A stretch of DNA of 64,000 nt from Ignavibacteria bacterium (GTDB lineage Bacteria; Bacteroidota; Ignavibacteria; Ch128b). The notes under the pieces are model-generated. The model did no database searches, was not told the DNA's origin, and was given only the letters and a program-made list of their open reading frames with translations. The stretch is from contig VGVX01000002.1 in the NCBI GenBank assembly GCA_016873845.1, forward strand, positions 73,444-137,443, read 5' to 3'. Below, one piece after another: positions 29,023-39,379 of this stretch (position 1 is the first letter of the stretch; each line of letters starts with the position of its first letter). The position numbers were made by a program, and so were the translations under genes.

Positions 29023-30012
29023 TATTGCAATTTTTCTTACTTCCAAACCTTTTTTAATATCTTTCTCTTCGCCTCGGATAACTCCAAGAGAAAATCTCTC
29101 GCCTCTGACTTCAACAATTTCTACTTCACCGACTTTTTTGTCAGAAACTCCGAGAAATTGTTCTGTAGAAGGATCGAAAAGGGAATCCCCAACAGAGTAG
29201 ATAGAAAGTATTGCACCGGATGATAGATTATCGCTCGAACCTAAATTTATAAATACTTCTTTCGTTTCATAATCAATAAGCAGAATTTCTCCTCTTACGA
29301 TTTTTTTAATAAACGGAGATGGACTCGGATTTGGATCGTCCTTGATTAAGTTTACATCATTTATTTTGAGTTCAGAAAAATGAGCTTTTGAATGCTCTGC
29401 AAATTTCTCGCAGAGTGCAAGCATATTCTTTCCGATTAAAGTGTGAGCAAATTCTGCTGAACCGAATTTCATTTTATCTAATGAATAAAATTCTTTTTTA
29501 CTTTCCGATTCTCTTCCGAAAATAGTTATTCCAACTCCCAAATCAGAAAGCTCATTAGAAAATGCATCAGCGTAAATTGTTTGCTGAGAATTGAGATCCA
29601 GTATACTAATTGTGAAGGCAATATCATTCGAGTAAGTTTCATAACCGGCTAATTTTGGTTCGCCTGCTGTAAATCGTGAAATGCTGAACTTTGTAACTTT
29701 ACCACTTATCAGATATTTATAGCCAAGATTTCTTAACATCTCGTGCAAAGAAAAGTTTTGAATGTGGGAATTTGATAGTTCATCCTCCATTAATTTCGGA
29801 GACAGAACTTGTATTTCAAATCTTTCTCTTAAATAACCTGAGATAAAATTTGGGAAATCATATTCCAATTCCCAAATGCCTTCATAGGAAGAAGTATTTT
29901 CGAACTTAGTGAAGGCAACTTGAGAGTTAGACTCGTTTGCAAATAAGCCAAATAATAAAAAACTAATACAAAAAGTATTTTGCAGCTTTTTTACGGAAAT
30001 CAATGGCTTCAT
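29011..30012 (-). CDS. Secreted hypothetical protein downstream of namZ
   Basis: MKPLISVKKLQNTFCISFLLFGLFANESNSQ signal peptide. No recognisable family. Convergent 12-nt overlap with the Ig-like lipoprotein gene. Confidence 0.45.
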   Translation of the reverse strand: MKPLISVKKLQNTFCISFLLFGLFANESNSQVAFTKFENTSSYEGIWELEYDFPNFISGYLRERFEIQVLSPKLMEDELSNSHIQNFSLHEMLRNLGYKYLISGKVTKFSISRFTAGEPKLAGYETYSNDIAFTISILDLNSQQTIYADAFSNELSDLGVGITIFGRESESKKEFYSLDKMKFGSAEFAHTLIGKNMLALCEKFAEHSKAHFSELKINDVNLIKDDPNPSPSPFIKKIVRGEILLIDYETKEVFINLGSSDNLSSGAILSIYSVGDSLFDPSTEQFLGVSDKKVGEVEIVEVRGERFSLGVIRGEEKDIKKGLEVRKIAILPR

Positions 30013-31204
30013 TTTCCCAAATTTGTTTGATGTCATCATATCTGTAGGACTTTGAAAATATCTCTCTAATTTTATTCCAACCTGTTGCTTGATCGAACAT
30101 TCGTATTCTATCAGGTTTTGCTAAAGCAAATACATCTTTTTCCGGGTAGAGTTTCTTTAATTCTTGAAGAAAATAAAATTGAATTGATGTTAAATTTATT
30201 TTTTGGTAGTCAGTAATGTGGACTTGTACCCCCCCAAGTGTTTTTCCCTGATAATTCCCATAAAAAGGTTTCCAAGTATTTGGTCGAAAAATCACACCTG
30301 GTAATTTAAGTGCATTTAGTCTCGAAGAAATTAGATCTGGGTCAATCCCTTCAGCACCTATTAGTTGAAATGGAAGTGTTGAACCAACGCCCTCTGAAAT
30401 TACTCCGAGTTCACCTAAAATTCCCGTGCTTGCATAAAACTGTGCTGAATAATAATGCGGTATATGAGGCGAAGTTAAAACCCATGGCAATCCTGTATCT
30501 TCAAATAACATATTCCTTCTCCAGCCTTCCATCTTAACAACAATTAGATTGCATTTGACTCCATTTTTCAGAAGACCTTCATTGTTAATCAGTTGTGCGA
30601 TTTCTCCGCAAGTCAGACCATAGAGATATGGAATCGGATATTGCCCGATGAAAGAAAAGAATCCCTCGCGAACGATTGATCCTTCAAACTTTTCACCTCC
30701 GAGTGGATTAGGGCGATCCAAAACAACGAAACTGATATTATTTTCTGCTGCCGCCTCCATTGCCAATCCCATTGTGCTGATGTAAGTGTACGACCTTGCA
30801 CCAATATCTTGTATATCGTAAATCAACATATCAATGCCTTTAAGCATTTCGGGAGTTGGTTTCCTTGTCTTTCCATAAAGTGAGTAGACCGGAATGTTTG
30901 TTTTCTCGTCCATATAGGTATCAATTTTTTCTCCTGCTGGAATTGCTCCTCTCACACCGTGTTCAGGTCCATAAAGCGCAGCTAGTTTAACATCTCTCAT
31001 GCTGTACAACAAATCAATGGTTGATTCGAGCTGCGAGTTTACTCCGGTTTGATTTGTGATCAAGCCAACTCTTTTGCCTTTAATTTTATCTAACCCATCT
31101 CTAACTAAAACTTCAATACCTGTTTTTACCTTGACTTGAGATATAAGACTTGTAGAACATAGAGCGAAAAGAAATGTTAAAGGTAGAATGAATTTAATCT
31201 TCAT
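29963..31204 (-). CDS. namZ: DUF1343-family exo-beta-N-acetylmuramidase (NamZ-like)
   Basis: Signal peptide plus DUF1343 hallmarks (GLITNQTGV, LYGPEHG, VVLDRPNPLGG). Confidence 0.75.
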   Translation of the reverse strand: MKIKFILPLTFLFALCSTSLISQVKVKTGIEVLVRDGLDKIKGKRVGLITNQTGVNSQLESTIDLLYSMRDVKLAALYGPEHGVRGAIPAGEKIDTYMDEKTNIPVYSLYGKTRKPTPEMLKGIDMLIYDIQDIGARSYTYISTMGLAMEAAAENNISFVVLDRPNPLGGEKFEGSIVREGFFSFIGQYPIPYLYGLTCGEIAQLINNEGLLKNGVKCNLIVVKMEGWRRNMLFEDTGLPWVLTSPHIPHYYSAQFYASTGILGELGVISEGVGSTLPFQLIGAEGIDPDLISSRLNALKLPGVIFRPNTWKPFYGNYQGKTLGGVQVHITDYQKINLTSIQFYFLQELKKLYPEKDVFALAKPDRIRMFDQATGWNKIREIFSKSYRYDDIKQIWENEAIDFRKKAAKYFLY

Positions 31205-31833
31205 TATAACTCCAAGTTTTTCTTAATTTCGTTGAGAGACTTCTGGACAATTGAATCGATCTCTTCAATCAGCTTTGCAGATTTTAATGTTAAACTTCGT
31301 GCAACTTCTTGATTGTTCATTGACTTTGTATTTATCATCACATTCAAGAATGCACCATCTGAAGCAGTTTTTAATAAACTCATTGCTACACCAACATCAC
31401 TGACTGAGTTTTGATTTCCGATTTCACCGACTCTGGCAGATTTTTTTGAAACGGTTAGTGCATGTTCAATAACTCGCATCGGAACTTCGGTTGCCTTTAC
31501 AGTTGCTTGTTCAATCGCTTCACTGCGTTTGGCTATTTCGTCCTCAGTTAATTTAGCTAATTTGAATGCAGCCATTACTCCATCGAACGCTGATGAATCC
31601 ATGTCATACAGTTCATAAAATAGCTTGATATCGTTTTCAAGTTCATTCTTTAGTTTACTAATTTCTTCTTGAACTGCTTCATACTTTTTCTTGCCCAGTG
31701 TAAGATTTGTGACCATTATAGCTAAAGCTGTTCCCAACGAACCGGCTAAAGCCGATACACTTCCACCGCCAGGCGTTGGAGATGAAGATGAAATTTCACC
31801 AATTAAATCATTTACAGTTTTTTCTAAAATCAT
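31204..31833 (-). CDS. Formimidoyltetrahydrofolate cyclodeaminase / cyclodeaminase-cyclohydrolase family protein
   Basis: PTPGGGSVSALAGSLGTALAIMVTNLTLGKKKY is the FTCD C-terminal-domain signature. Confidence 0.8.
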   Translation of the reverse strand: MILEKTVNDLIGEISSSSPTPGGGSVSALAGSLGTALAIMVTNLTLGKKKYEAVQEEISKLKNELENDIKLFYELYDMDSSAFDGVMAAFKLAKLTEDEIAKRSEAIEQATVKATEVPMRVIEHALTVSKKSARVGEIGNQNSVSDVGVAMSLLKTASDGAFLNVMINTKSMNNQEVARSLTLKSAKLIEEIDSIVQKSLNEIKKNLEL

Positions 31834-31835
31834 TT

Positions 31836-32858
31836 TTACTCCCTAATTAGATATTCAATTACTTTCTCTGATGGATTAAAATTAGCAAGGTTATTCAAAC
31901 CAAGATTCTGGACCGCTGAATTGACAAGTTTAGTTTCGCTGACTTCATTTGGCGAATAATATTTTCCCGATTCAATAAGAGCATCAAGCGGAACCAGACC
32001 GACAATTTCACTTCCCCAAATTTCAACATTATATTTTTTTGCTTCTTCTTTAACAGCTTCGAAAGCTTGGTGCACATTTGTTGTTAAATAATTAACTAAG
32101 TTGATTGAAACTTGTGTCATCTTAAAATTCTCTAAAGAGACACCCATCGCTTTTACAGCTTGAAGTTTACCTGGAATTCGAACTGTTTTCCCATCCTTTT
32201 TAACTGCATTACCATTTTCATCGCGAAGTATTTTTCCCGATTCGCGAATTGTTTGTGCAATTTCATCTGCAATTTTAACGTCTTCAGTTCTTAAATTTAC
32301 ATTATATGCGATGAGAAAGAATCTCGAGCCCGTAACTGTGCCGCCAAGTTTTGGATTAAATTCCGGTTTTCCAAAATCTGGCAGCCATTCCGGATCTTTA
32401 AGTTTTTCTTTTAGTCCCTCATATTCTCCTTTGCGAATATTTGAAAGATTTACTCTAGCGGGTTTTGCAGCTGCCGATTCGTAGAGATAAATCGGAATGT
32501 TCAGTTTTTGTGAAATAATTTTTCCATACTCTTTTGATATTTCGACACAATCATCAACTGCTACATTTTTTATGGGAATAAATGGTACCACATCAATCGC
32601 TCCAAGCCGAGGGTGTTCACCTTTATGAGTTGTCATATCGATTTTCTGAGAAGCAATTAATGATGCGTTTATTGCACCGTTTAATACTCCTTTTTTAGTT
32701 CCTACAAAAGTAACTACAACTCTATTATAGTTCTTATCAGGTTCACAATTTAAGAGTTTACATTCATCAGTCGAGGAGATTGCATCTGCAATTAACTTAA
32801 TGGTTTCTTCGTTTTTTCCTTCACTGAAATTCGGGACGCATTCAATTATTTCTTTCAT
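31836..32858 (-). CDS. ftcD: Glutamate formimidoyltransferase (FTCD N-terminal domain homologue)
   Basis: ECVPNFSEGKN and HPRLGAIDVVPF motifs. Confidence 0.85.
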   Translation of the reverse strand: MKEIIECVPNFSEGKNEETIKLIADAISSTDECKLLNCEPDKNYNRVVVTFVGTKKGVLNGAINASLIASQKIDMTTHKGEHPRLGAIDVVPFIPIKNVAVDDCVEISKEYGKIISQKLNIPIYLYESAAAKPARVNLSNIRKGEYEGLKEKLKDPEWLPDFGKPEFNPKLGGTVTGSRFFLIAYNVNLRTEDVKIADEIAQTIRESGKILRDENGNAVKKDGKTVRIPGKLQAVKAMGVSLENFKMTQVSINLVNYLTTNVHQAFEAVKEEAKKYNVEIWGSEIVGLVPLDALIESGKYYSPNEVSETKLVNSAVQNLGLNNLANFNPSEKVIEYLIRE

Positions 32859-34092
32859 AAACTACTTTCCCTTTTTTTATTGTGTATTTCGTCTGATTAG
32901 TTCCAAAATGATAGACAAGGTTTTGATAATTTGGAGAATTTAGAATTAAAAAATCTGCCTGCTTTCCAACTTCAATACTACCGACTTGTCTCTCCAGACC
33001 GAGCGAAAATGCTGCATTGATCGTCACAGCGTTTATCGTTTCGTTTATTGACATTTTCATTTGTATTGCGGCTAAGTTCATTATCAAGGGGAGATTTTGT
33101 GTCATGCATGAGCCAGGATTAAAATCAGTTGCTAAAACTAGTATCGCCCCTGAATCAATAAATTTTCTAGCTGGAGCATAGGGAATATTTAAAAAGTATG
33201 ATACACCTGGGAGAAGAACCGCGGTAATATCAGTTTTGGATATTCGTTGTATATCTTCTTCGGTTGTCATTTCTAAATGGTCGATACTTTTAACACCCAT
33301 CTTAATCCCCAAATCAATTCCCCCAATTGAATTAAATTGATCGCAATGAAGCTTTAGCTTATAACCCAAAGATTTTGCTGCTGTGAGAATTAATTCTGTC
33401 TCCTCAATTGAAAATGCTGTTTTTTCTGTGAAGATATCGCAGAATTCAGCTAATCCTAAATTTGAAATTTTGGGAAGCATTTCATCAATGATAAGTGTAA
33501 TAAATTGAGTCCGATTATTTTTAAATTCGTTGGGAATAGTATGAGCTCCCAAAAAAGTTGATCTGCAATCACATAAGTTTAACGAATTCAATTTTTTTAT
33601 ACACTCGAGCATTTTTATTTCTGATTCGGTATCTAATCCATACCCGCTCTTGATTTCTATAGTTGTAATTCCATACGAAATTGATTCACGAAGTCTTTTT
33701 GTGGATGAACTAAACAATTGATCGAATCCTATAGCTCTTGTCGCGTTCACTGTTGTATTTATGCCGCCCCCGGCACGAGCTATATCTTCGTAGCTTAAAC
33801 CTTTAGTTCGTTTCTCAAATTCTTCTTCTCTTGAACCGGCAAAAACGAGATGCGTATGTGCATCAATTAATCCTGGTAATAGAGCTGAGCTGCTGATGTC
33901 TAATACTTGGTCAAATTTTCCGAAATCTTTTTCCGAAATTTTTTTAGTGATTTCGGTGATTATGCCATCTTCAACAATCACTGAATATTTATTAAGTAAG
34001 GATATTTCTTGTAAGCTTTCTAATCGGTTAAAGTGCCCATTGTCTGGTTTACAAGTCAGTATTTGATTGGCATTAAAAAGAAGAAGAGACAT
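32842..34092 (-). CDS. hutI: Imidazolonepropionase
   Basis: LPGLIDAHTHLVFAGSR, GGGI, HCDQ motifs of the HutI amidohydrolase. Confidence 0.9.
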   Translation of the reverse strand: MSLLLFNANQILTCKPDNGHFNRLESLQEISLLNKYSVIVEDGIITEITKKISEKDFGKFDQVLDISSSALLPGLIDAHTHLVFAGSREEEFEKRTKGLSYEDIARAGGGINTTVNATRAIGFDQLFSSSTKRLRESISYGITTIEIKSGYGLDTESEIKMLECIKKLNSLNLCDCRSTFLGAHTIPNEFKNNRTQFITLIIDEMLPKISNLGLAEFCDIFTEKTAFSIEETELILTAAKSLGYKLKLHCDQFNSIGGIDLGIKMGVKSIDHLEMTTEEDIQRISKTDITAVLLPGVSYFLNIPYAPARKFIDSGAILVLATDFNPGSCMTQNLPLIMNLAAIQMKMSINETINAVTINAAFSLGLERQVGSIEVGKQADFLILNSPNYQNLVYHFGTNQTKYTIKKGKVVYERNN

Positions 34093-34116
34093 TGTATCGA
34101 ATTTGCTTGTGAAGAA

Positions 34117-34497
34117 TTATCTGCGTTTATCAGAAACTATTCTGGATGTAATATAACCATTCTTTTCTAAAATATTCAAAAATTTATTGGCTTGGTTTTT
34201 TGTTTGGAATTCGCCAACTCGGAACTTGTAGAATGGAGGATCGTAGAGAATATTCTGTTTTAGTTCAGGAATTAATGTTTTTAACGTAGATTTTAATGAA
34301 TCAATCATCAAAAGATTATCGCTGATTAAAACTTGAATCGTATAAAACGAGTTTGCTGGAGATTTTTTTTGTTGAGATATTTTTTTTTGCTCTAATTCTA
34401 AAGAAAAATACTGCCAAGAATTTTGGTTTGATTCTATTGTGTCTTTTTCAGATTGGGTGATGAAATTATCAAGTGGACTATAACCTTCTAAGTCCAC
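34117..34497 (-). CDS. SPOR-domain protein (start uncertain)
   Basis: C-terminal SPOR signature (YKFRVGEFQTKNQANKFLNILEKNGYITSRIV). The track start is GTG at 34497. An in-frame upstream extension encodes a lipoprotein-like signal (KKVFFALVIIAACAIFSC) but contains no ATG/GTG/TTG. Confidence 0.55.
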   Translation of the reverse strand: MDLEGYSPLDNFITQSEKDTIESNQNSWQYFSLELEQKKISQQKKSPANSFYTIQVLISDNLLMIDSLKSTLKTLIPELKQNILYDPPFYKFRVGEFQTKNQANKFLNILEKNGYITSRIVSDKRR

Positions 34498-34597
34498 CTG
34501 ATAATTCGAAGAATCCTCATTTTTTATTTTGTCACTTGAACTGCAGCTAAATATTGCACAAGCTGCAATAATAACAAGTGCAAAAAAAACTTTTTTT

Positions 34598-35146
34598 CTA
34601 TTGTTTGTTTTCAGTAATAATGAAGCTATCGGTATAACCTAAATTATACAATGCGTCTTTCATCGAGCGCGCATGTTCCCATGCTGAGTATACTCCCAAA
34701 CGGACTTTGAATAAATTCTCATGCCATTCTACGTACACTTTTTGTTCTGGAAGACGATTGCGGATTCTTTGTGCTTCTGTTTCAGCATTCAAACGACTTT
34801 TAAATGCAAAAACCTGAACCTTATATTGATACTCCTGAATCGCTGGAGGTGGGGGTTGGACCTCTTCAATTTTAGTTTCAGTAAAAGTAGTTTTGATTGG
34901 AGGTGGCGGAGGATTTGGCGGTCCCTGAGGAATATATTCAGGTTGGGTTTGTGTTTTAAAAGTCTCTTGTGGAGTAACGATTGGTTTGGTTTCTGTTTGC
35001 ACTATCGTTACGGTTGGTTGCGGCACTTCAGTAGTTTTATACTCAACTTGAGTTTCTCCATACTCTTCAGTTACTTCTGAAGCTGAGCAACCATAGATTA
35101 AAAACGCTGCAAAGAGAACTATGTACAACGAATATTTCATTTTCAC
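34598..35146 (-). CDS. SPOR-domain lipoprotein with proline-rich linker
   Basis: MKMKYSLYIVLFAAFLIYGC lipobox, PPNPPPPP linker, C-terminal SPOR domain (YKVQVFAFKSRLNAETEAQRI...FKVRLGVYS). Confidence 0.65.
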   Translation of the reverse strand: MKMKYSLYIVLFAAFLIYGCSASEVTEEYGETQVEYKTTEVPQPTVTIVQTETKPIVTPQETFKTQTQPEYIPQGPPNPPPPPIKTTFTETKIEEVQPPPPAIQEYQYKVQVFAFKSRLNAETEAQRIRNRLPEQKVYVEWHENLFKVRLGVYSAWEHARSMKDALYNLGYTDSFIITENKQ

Positions 35147-35358
35147 CTCTATTTCTTACGAAATATTAATTCTTTATTTTGATAATGTCAAGTAAAATAA
35201 ATGCTTACATAACATTTCTTAAAGTAGTTTGAGAGATGCTGAGAGCGAATGAAGATAATGCGGCAGCATTAATCCCTCAAAATTATATTATTAACTTACA
35301 AAATAGAAATTGAAAATAGAAGCAAATTTTCCTATTTTTGAAAAAGTTTTTAAAATCT

Positions 35359-36855
35359 ATGGCCAAACTAAAAAACCTTAAAATACTATTCGTCACCTCC
35401 GAGGTTACACCATTTGTAAAAACTGGTGGACTTGGCGATGTTTGCGGTGCACTTCCTCAAACATTGGCTGAACTTGGACATGAAGTACGCTTAGTTGTAC
35501 CGAAATATGGTTCTGTTGATGAACGAAGATTTAAAATTCACGAAATTGTCCGATTGAAAGATATACCAATTCATCTTGGTGATGAGATTGAATTATTCAG
35601 TATAAGGTCTTCATTTCTGTCTGGATTAAAAACAAAAGTTCAAATTTACTTTTTTGATAATCATAAATACTTTGGATCTCGAAAAGGTCTGTATCAAGAT
35701 ATTAAGTCGAAAAAAGACTATGCTGACAATGATGAAAGGTATATACTTTTCTGTCACGGTATTATGGAGATGATAAAAAAACTTGGTTGGACTCCTGATA
35801 TAATCCATTGTAATGATTGGCAGAGCGGTTTGATACCAGCTTATCAGAAAACCCTTTATGCTGATCTTGAATTAATTAAGGATACAAAAACTGTTTTTAC
35901 TATTCATAATTTAGAGTTCCATGGAGCTTTTGGAAAAGAATCGTTTGAAAAAACCGGGCTTCCAGAATATGCACTGAATGAAATTTCGGTCAACTCAACT
36001 GGAAAGATTTCATTTCTCAAAGCTGGATTAGTTTACTCAGACATTCTGACAACAGTCAGCGAGAAATACGCTGAGGAGATTAGATCAATAGAAGAGTTAG
36101 CCGGTTCAATGAAACCGATTTTGCAAAAAAGAAAAAATGAACTTGTTGGAATCGTAAATGGTATTGATTATTCAATTTGGGATCCTGAAACGGACGACTT
36201 AATTGAAGAAAAATATAGTACTAAAGATTTATCAAACAAAGTTGAAAACAAAAAAGTATTACTGAAAAGATTTGGCTTCGATGAAAAAATTGACATCCCC
36301 GTTATTGGGACTATTTCAAGATTGACGGAACAAAAGGGGATTGATTTAATTGAAGAAGCAATCGATGAAATTTTGAAATTAAATGTTCGATACGTCTTAC
36401 TTGGCCAAGGTGATAAAAAGTATCAAGAATTTTTTGAAAAAGTTCAAAATAAATATCCAGATCGATTTGCTGTTTCTTTTGATTTCGATGATGCATTGGC
36501 ACATTTAATCGAAGCTGGCGCGGATTTGTACTTAATGCCATCTCGGTTCGAACCTTGCGGCCTTACGCAGTTATACAGTCTAAAATATGGTACCGTACCT
36601 ATTGTCAGATTAACAGGTGGATTGGCTGATACAGTCGAAAAAATCAGCAGTACAAATAGAAAGGGAACTGGATTTGTTTTCAGAAAGTATGATTCGAAAG
36701 AGATGTTAAAAGAAATTCAGCGTGCCGTGAAATTATACAAGAAAAAAGATGTTTGGACAAAAATTATGAAGAATGGAATGTCTAAAGATTATTCCTGGCA
36801 TGCTTCGGCAAAAAAATACATCGAGCTTTATAAAAAAATGCTAAAGGATAATTAG
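35359..36855 (+). CDS. glgA: Glycogen synthase
   Basis: KILFVTSEVTPFVKTGGLGDV N-terminal motif and GT-B fold C-terminus (EPCGLTQLYSLKYGT). ATG at 35359 is preferred over the TTG at 35338. Confidence 0.9.
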   Translation: MAKLKNLKILFVTSEVTPFVKTGGLGDVCGALPQTLAELGHEVRLVVPKYGSVDERRFKIHEIVRLKDIPIHLGDEIELFSIRSSFLSGLKTKVQIYFFDNHKYFGSRKGLYQDIKSKKDYADNDERYILFCHGIMEMIKKLGWTPDIIHCNDWQSGLIPAYQKTLYADLELIKDTKTVFTIHNLEFHGAFGKESFEKTGLPEYALNEISVNSTGKISFLKAGLVYSDILTTVSEKYAEEIRSIEELAGSMKPILQKRKNELVGIVNGIDYSIWDPETDDLIEEKYSTKDLSNKVENKKVLLKRFGFDEKIDIPVIGTISRLTEQKGIDLIEEAIDEILKLNVRYVLLGQGDKKYQEFFEKVQNKYPDRFAVSFDFDDALAHLIEAGADLYLMPSRFEPCGLTQLYSLKYGTVPIVRLTGGLADTVEKISSTNRKGTGFVFRKYDSKEMLKEIQRAVKLYKKKDVWTKIMKNGMSKDYSWHASAKKYIELYKKMLKDN

Positions 36856-36890
36856 TTAACAGACTGCTTACCAATCTAACACAAAACTAA

Positions 36891-38105
36891 ATGAGCAATA
36901 ATTTTTATTTTTGGTTGAAAAAATTCAGCTTCGTTTTACTGGTTGTACCAGTATTAATTTTTACTTCTTGTTCCGACGAACCGAATTCGACGGGTTATGG
37001 ATTACTAAATCCGGAAGACTTAATTGAGATAAAGACTTTTGATTCTGTCCGAGATTCAATTAGTCAGGAATTTAAACAATTGATCCAGGTGGAAAATCTT
37101 GGTGCATCACGTAGAATTTTGGTCGGAAAGTATAACGATCTCACTGCTTCGGCTCTTATACGATTTGAATTTGTATTTACTGAAGAGTTGAAGACATTGC
37201 TAAAAGAAAATAAAGTGAATGTCTCTTCGGCAAAATTGAAAGTTTTTCCAATTTATAAATTTGGAGATTCACCAAGAACGAATTTCAGCTTTAATGTACA
37301 CGAGATCAAATCTTGGTGGGATTCGGATCAGTTCACTGCAGATAGTCTCAATCCCTCGCATTTTGATTATGATAATTCATCAATCGAATCAAACTTAATC
37401 GATGGCGATTCAGTTATAAGTTGCGAACTTCCGAACTCTAAAGTTCTAGAGTGGATGAAAGCTATCTCTGATACTGGAATAAAGAATCCGTCTGGAATTT
37501 ACCTAAAACCGACAGCAAGCTCAAACTTCATTAGAGGATTAAGAGCAATTGGTTCTAGTACAAATACTAGCACTTTGGAGGTTGCATTCTCAAAAGATGG
37601 CACCACAACAGATACGATTTATGCAGTAACGGTGGCTGATGTACATGTCGTAACTACAACTGAGAATTATAATGATCCACTGGTTCTTACACTTCAATCG
37701 GGGATCCTGTCAAAAGCAAAATTGAAATTTGATGTAAGTGCAATTCCCAAAAACGCTATCATCAATTCTGCAGTTTTAGAATTAACAAGGAATTTTAGTA
37801 AGTCAGAATTTGGAACAAGCTTTCAGGACAGCTTATATGTATTACGACTGACAGACACGTCGAAAATTGCAATTGATTCAAATTTTGCACCAGTTTTAGT
37901 TCAAATAGATTCCAACATCTACGAGGGAAATATATCCAGAATCGTGCAGGATTGGCTGAATACTGGAATGAATTACGGTCTGTTATTAAGTCCACGCGAT
38001 CCAGATGGGGGAGTTGAAAGATTTGTATTTGAAAGTAGTAATTCGTTAGACCCGAACAAAAAGCCAAAACTCAGAGTTTATTATACAATAAGAAAAACTA
38101 AGTGA
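36891..38105 (+). CDS. Lipoprotein, DUF4270-like (Bacteroidota glgA-neighbour family; hypothetical)
   Basis: LIFTSC lipobox, 404 aa, beta-rich. From memory, DUF4270 genes neighbour glycogen synthase in Bacteroides. Confidence 0.5.
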   Translation: MSNNFYFWLKKFSFVLLVVPVLIFTSCSDEPNSTGYGLLNPEDLIEIKTFDSVRDSISQEFKQLIQVENLGASRRILVGKYNDLTASALIRFEFVFTEELKTLLKENKVNVSSAKLKVFPIYKFGDSPRTNFSFNVHEIKSWWDSDQFTADSLNPSHFDYDNSSIESNLIDGDSVISCELPNSKVLEWMKAISDTGIKNPSGIYLKPTASSNFIRGLRAIGSSTNTSTLEVAFSKDGTTTDTIYAVTVADVHVVTTTENYNDPLVLTLQSGILSKAKLKFDVSAIPKNAIINSAVLELTRNFSKSEFGTSFQDSLYVLRLTDTSKIAIDSNFAPVLVQIDSNIYEGNISRIVQDWLNTGMNYGLLLSPRDPDGGVERFVFESSNSLDPNKKPKLRVYYTIRKTK

Positions 38106-39355
38106 TGATTAAGAAGTTATTAAAAAATATTTTTTCCTCATTGATTATTATAACTGCGATTTTTTTGATAGATGCTCAAGCTCAAATCGGATCAGGTTTT
38201 TCGAGAAACGGAGTGGGTGATATATTAATCAATCCTTCTGTCAGAAGAAATGCAATCGGTGGTCTTGGGATCGCGAGTACAGATCAATTCGATATTAACT
38301 CACTAAATCCTGCAGCGTGGAATGGGATTCGTACTATTAAGTTTTTAGCTTCGATGAGATATACGTCAAACAAGTACTCAGATGGAACGAATTCAAATTT
38401 CTTGGCATCTTCTTCATTTGAATCGATAAATTTATCTATCCCAATTTCAGTTGAGAATGGAATTAATGCAGTTCTTGGAACAACGCCATATTCAAAAGTA
38501 AATTATGATGTCATCAGTAATTCATCTATTGATACAATCGCTTACCAAGATCATTATTCCGGCGATGGCGGATTAAACAAAATATATTTTGGATCATCGT
38601 TCAGATTTCCATTCGGTCTGGCTATTGGATTCAGTGCAGACTATATAGTTGGGACAACAAATCACCGTGCTTCAGTTGATTTTAAAAAATATGATTTCGT
38701 AAACACCGGATTTGTAAATGAAAAAAAATTTGGTGGTTTTGCTTTCAGTTTTGGTGCAATTACTCCTAACCTTGATCAAATTATCAATCTTGGTTTATTT
38801 GAAGATCTTAGGTTCGGGATTACTTATTCAACCAAAGCAAAATTAAATACCGAGTCTAGAGAATTAAAATTCGGTACTACCGAAGATACAGTTTTAGTCA
38901 ACGATTATAAAACCGAAATTCCGAGCAGACTTGGAATTGGATTAGAAGCTTCTCTATCAAACCGGTTGCGCGGGTATGTAGATTATTTTTATCAAGACTG
39001 GTCACAATTTAAGACAAATAACCAACTCGAATTGAATCTTAAAGCGCTTTCTAAAATTGCTCTGGGATTCGAATATTTACCAATTCAAAAGCCTGAGTCG
39101 TTTTTTGGAACATTTGTTTGGCGATTCGGACTATTCTTAAGAAACTCTGAATTTATTGTTAAAAATGAAAAAATATCGGAATTTGGAGTAATTTTTGGGT
39201 TTTCATTCCCATTTGATCAGATAAATCTATTAGATTTTGCTTTTGAATATTCAATTCGAGGTAAATCCGTTAATTATCTTCAAAAAGATAACATGTTTAA
39301 ATTTTGGATTGGCATTAATTTTGCGGAACTGTGGTTTATAAGAGATGAAGATTAG
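38102..39355 (+). CDS. Secreted beta-rich protein, possible outer-membrane beta-barrel (hypothetical)
   Basis: Signal peptide ending AQAQ. Alternating hydrophobic pattern with G/Y/F/N-rich strands. The C-terminus is not aromatic. Confidence 0.45.
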   Translation: MMIKKLLKNIFSSLIIITAIFLIDAQAQIGSGFSRNGVGDILINPSVRRNAIGGLGIASTDQFDINSLNPAAWNGIRTIKFLASMRYTSNKYSDGTNSNFLASSSFESINLSIPISVENGINAVLGTTPYSKVNYDVISNSSIDTIAYQDHYSGDGGLNKIYFGSSFRFPFGLAIGFSADYIVGTTNHRASVDFKKYDFVNTGFVNEKKFGGFAFSFGAITPNLDQIINLGLFEDLRFGITYSTKAKLNTESRELKFGTTEDTVLVNDYKTEIPSRLGIGLEASLSNRLRGYVDYFYQDWSQFKTNNQLELNLKALSKIALGFEYLPIQKPESFFGTFVWRFGLFLRNSEFIVKNEKISEFGVIFGFSFPFDQINLLDFAFEYSIRGKSVNYLQKDNMFKFWIGINFAELWFIRDED

Positions 39356-39379
39356 ATTTAAAATATTGAGGAAAGTAAA

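Noticed and set aside
38102-39355. Calling the 417-aa secreted protein a FadL/PorV-type outer-membrane barrel
   Set aside because: The sequence is beta-rich with a signal peptide, but it lacks a C-terminal aromatic residue and any family-specific motif I can recognise, so it is left as hypothetical.
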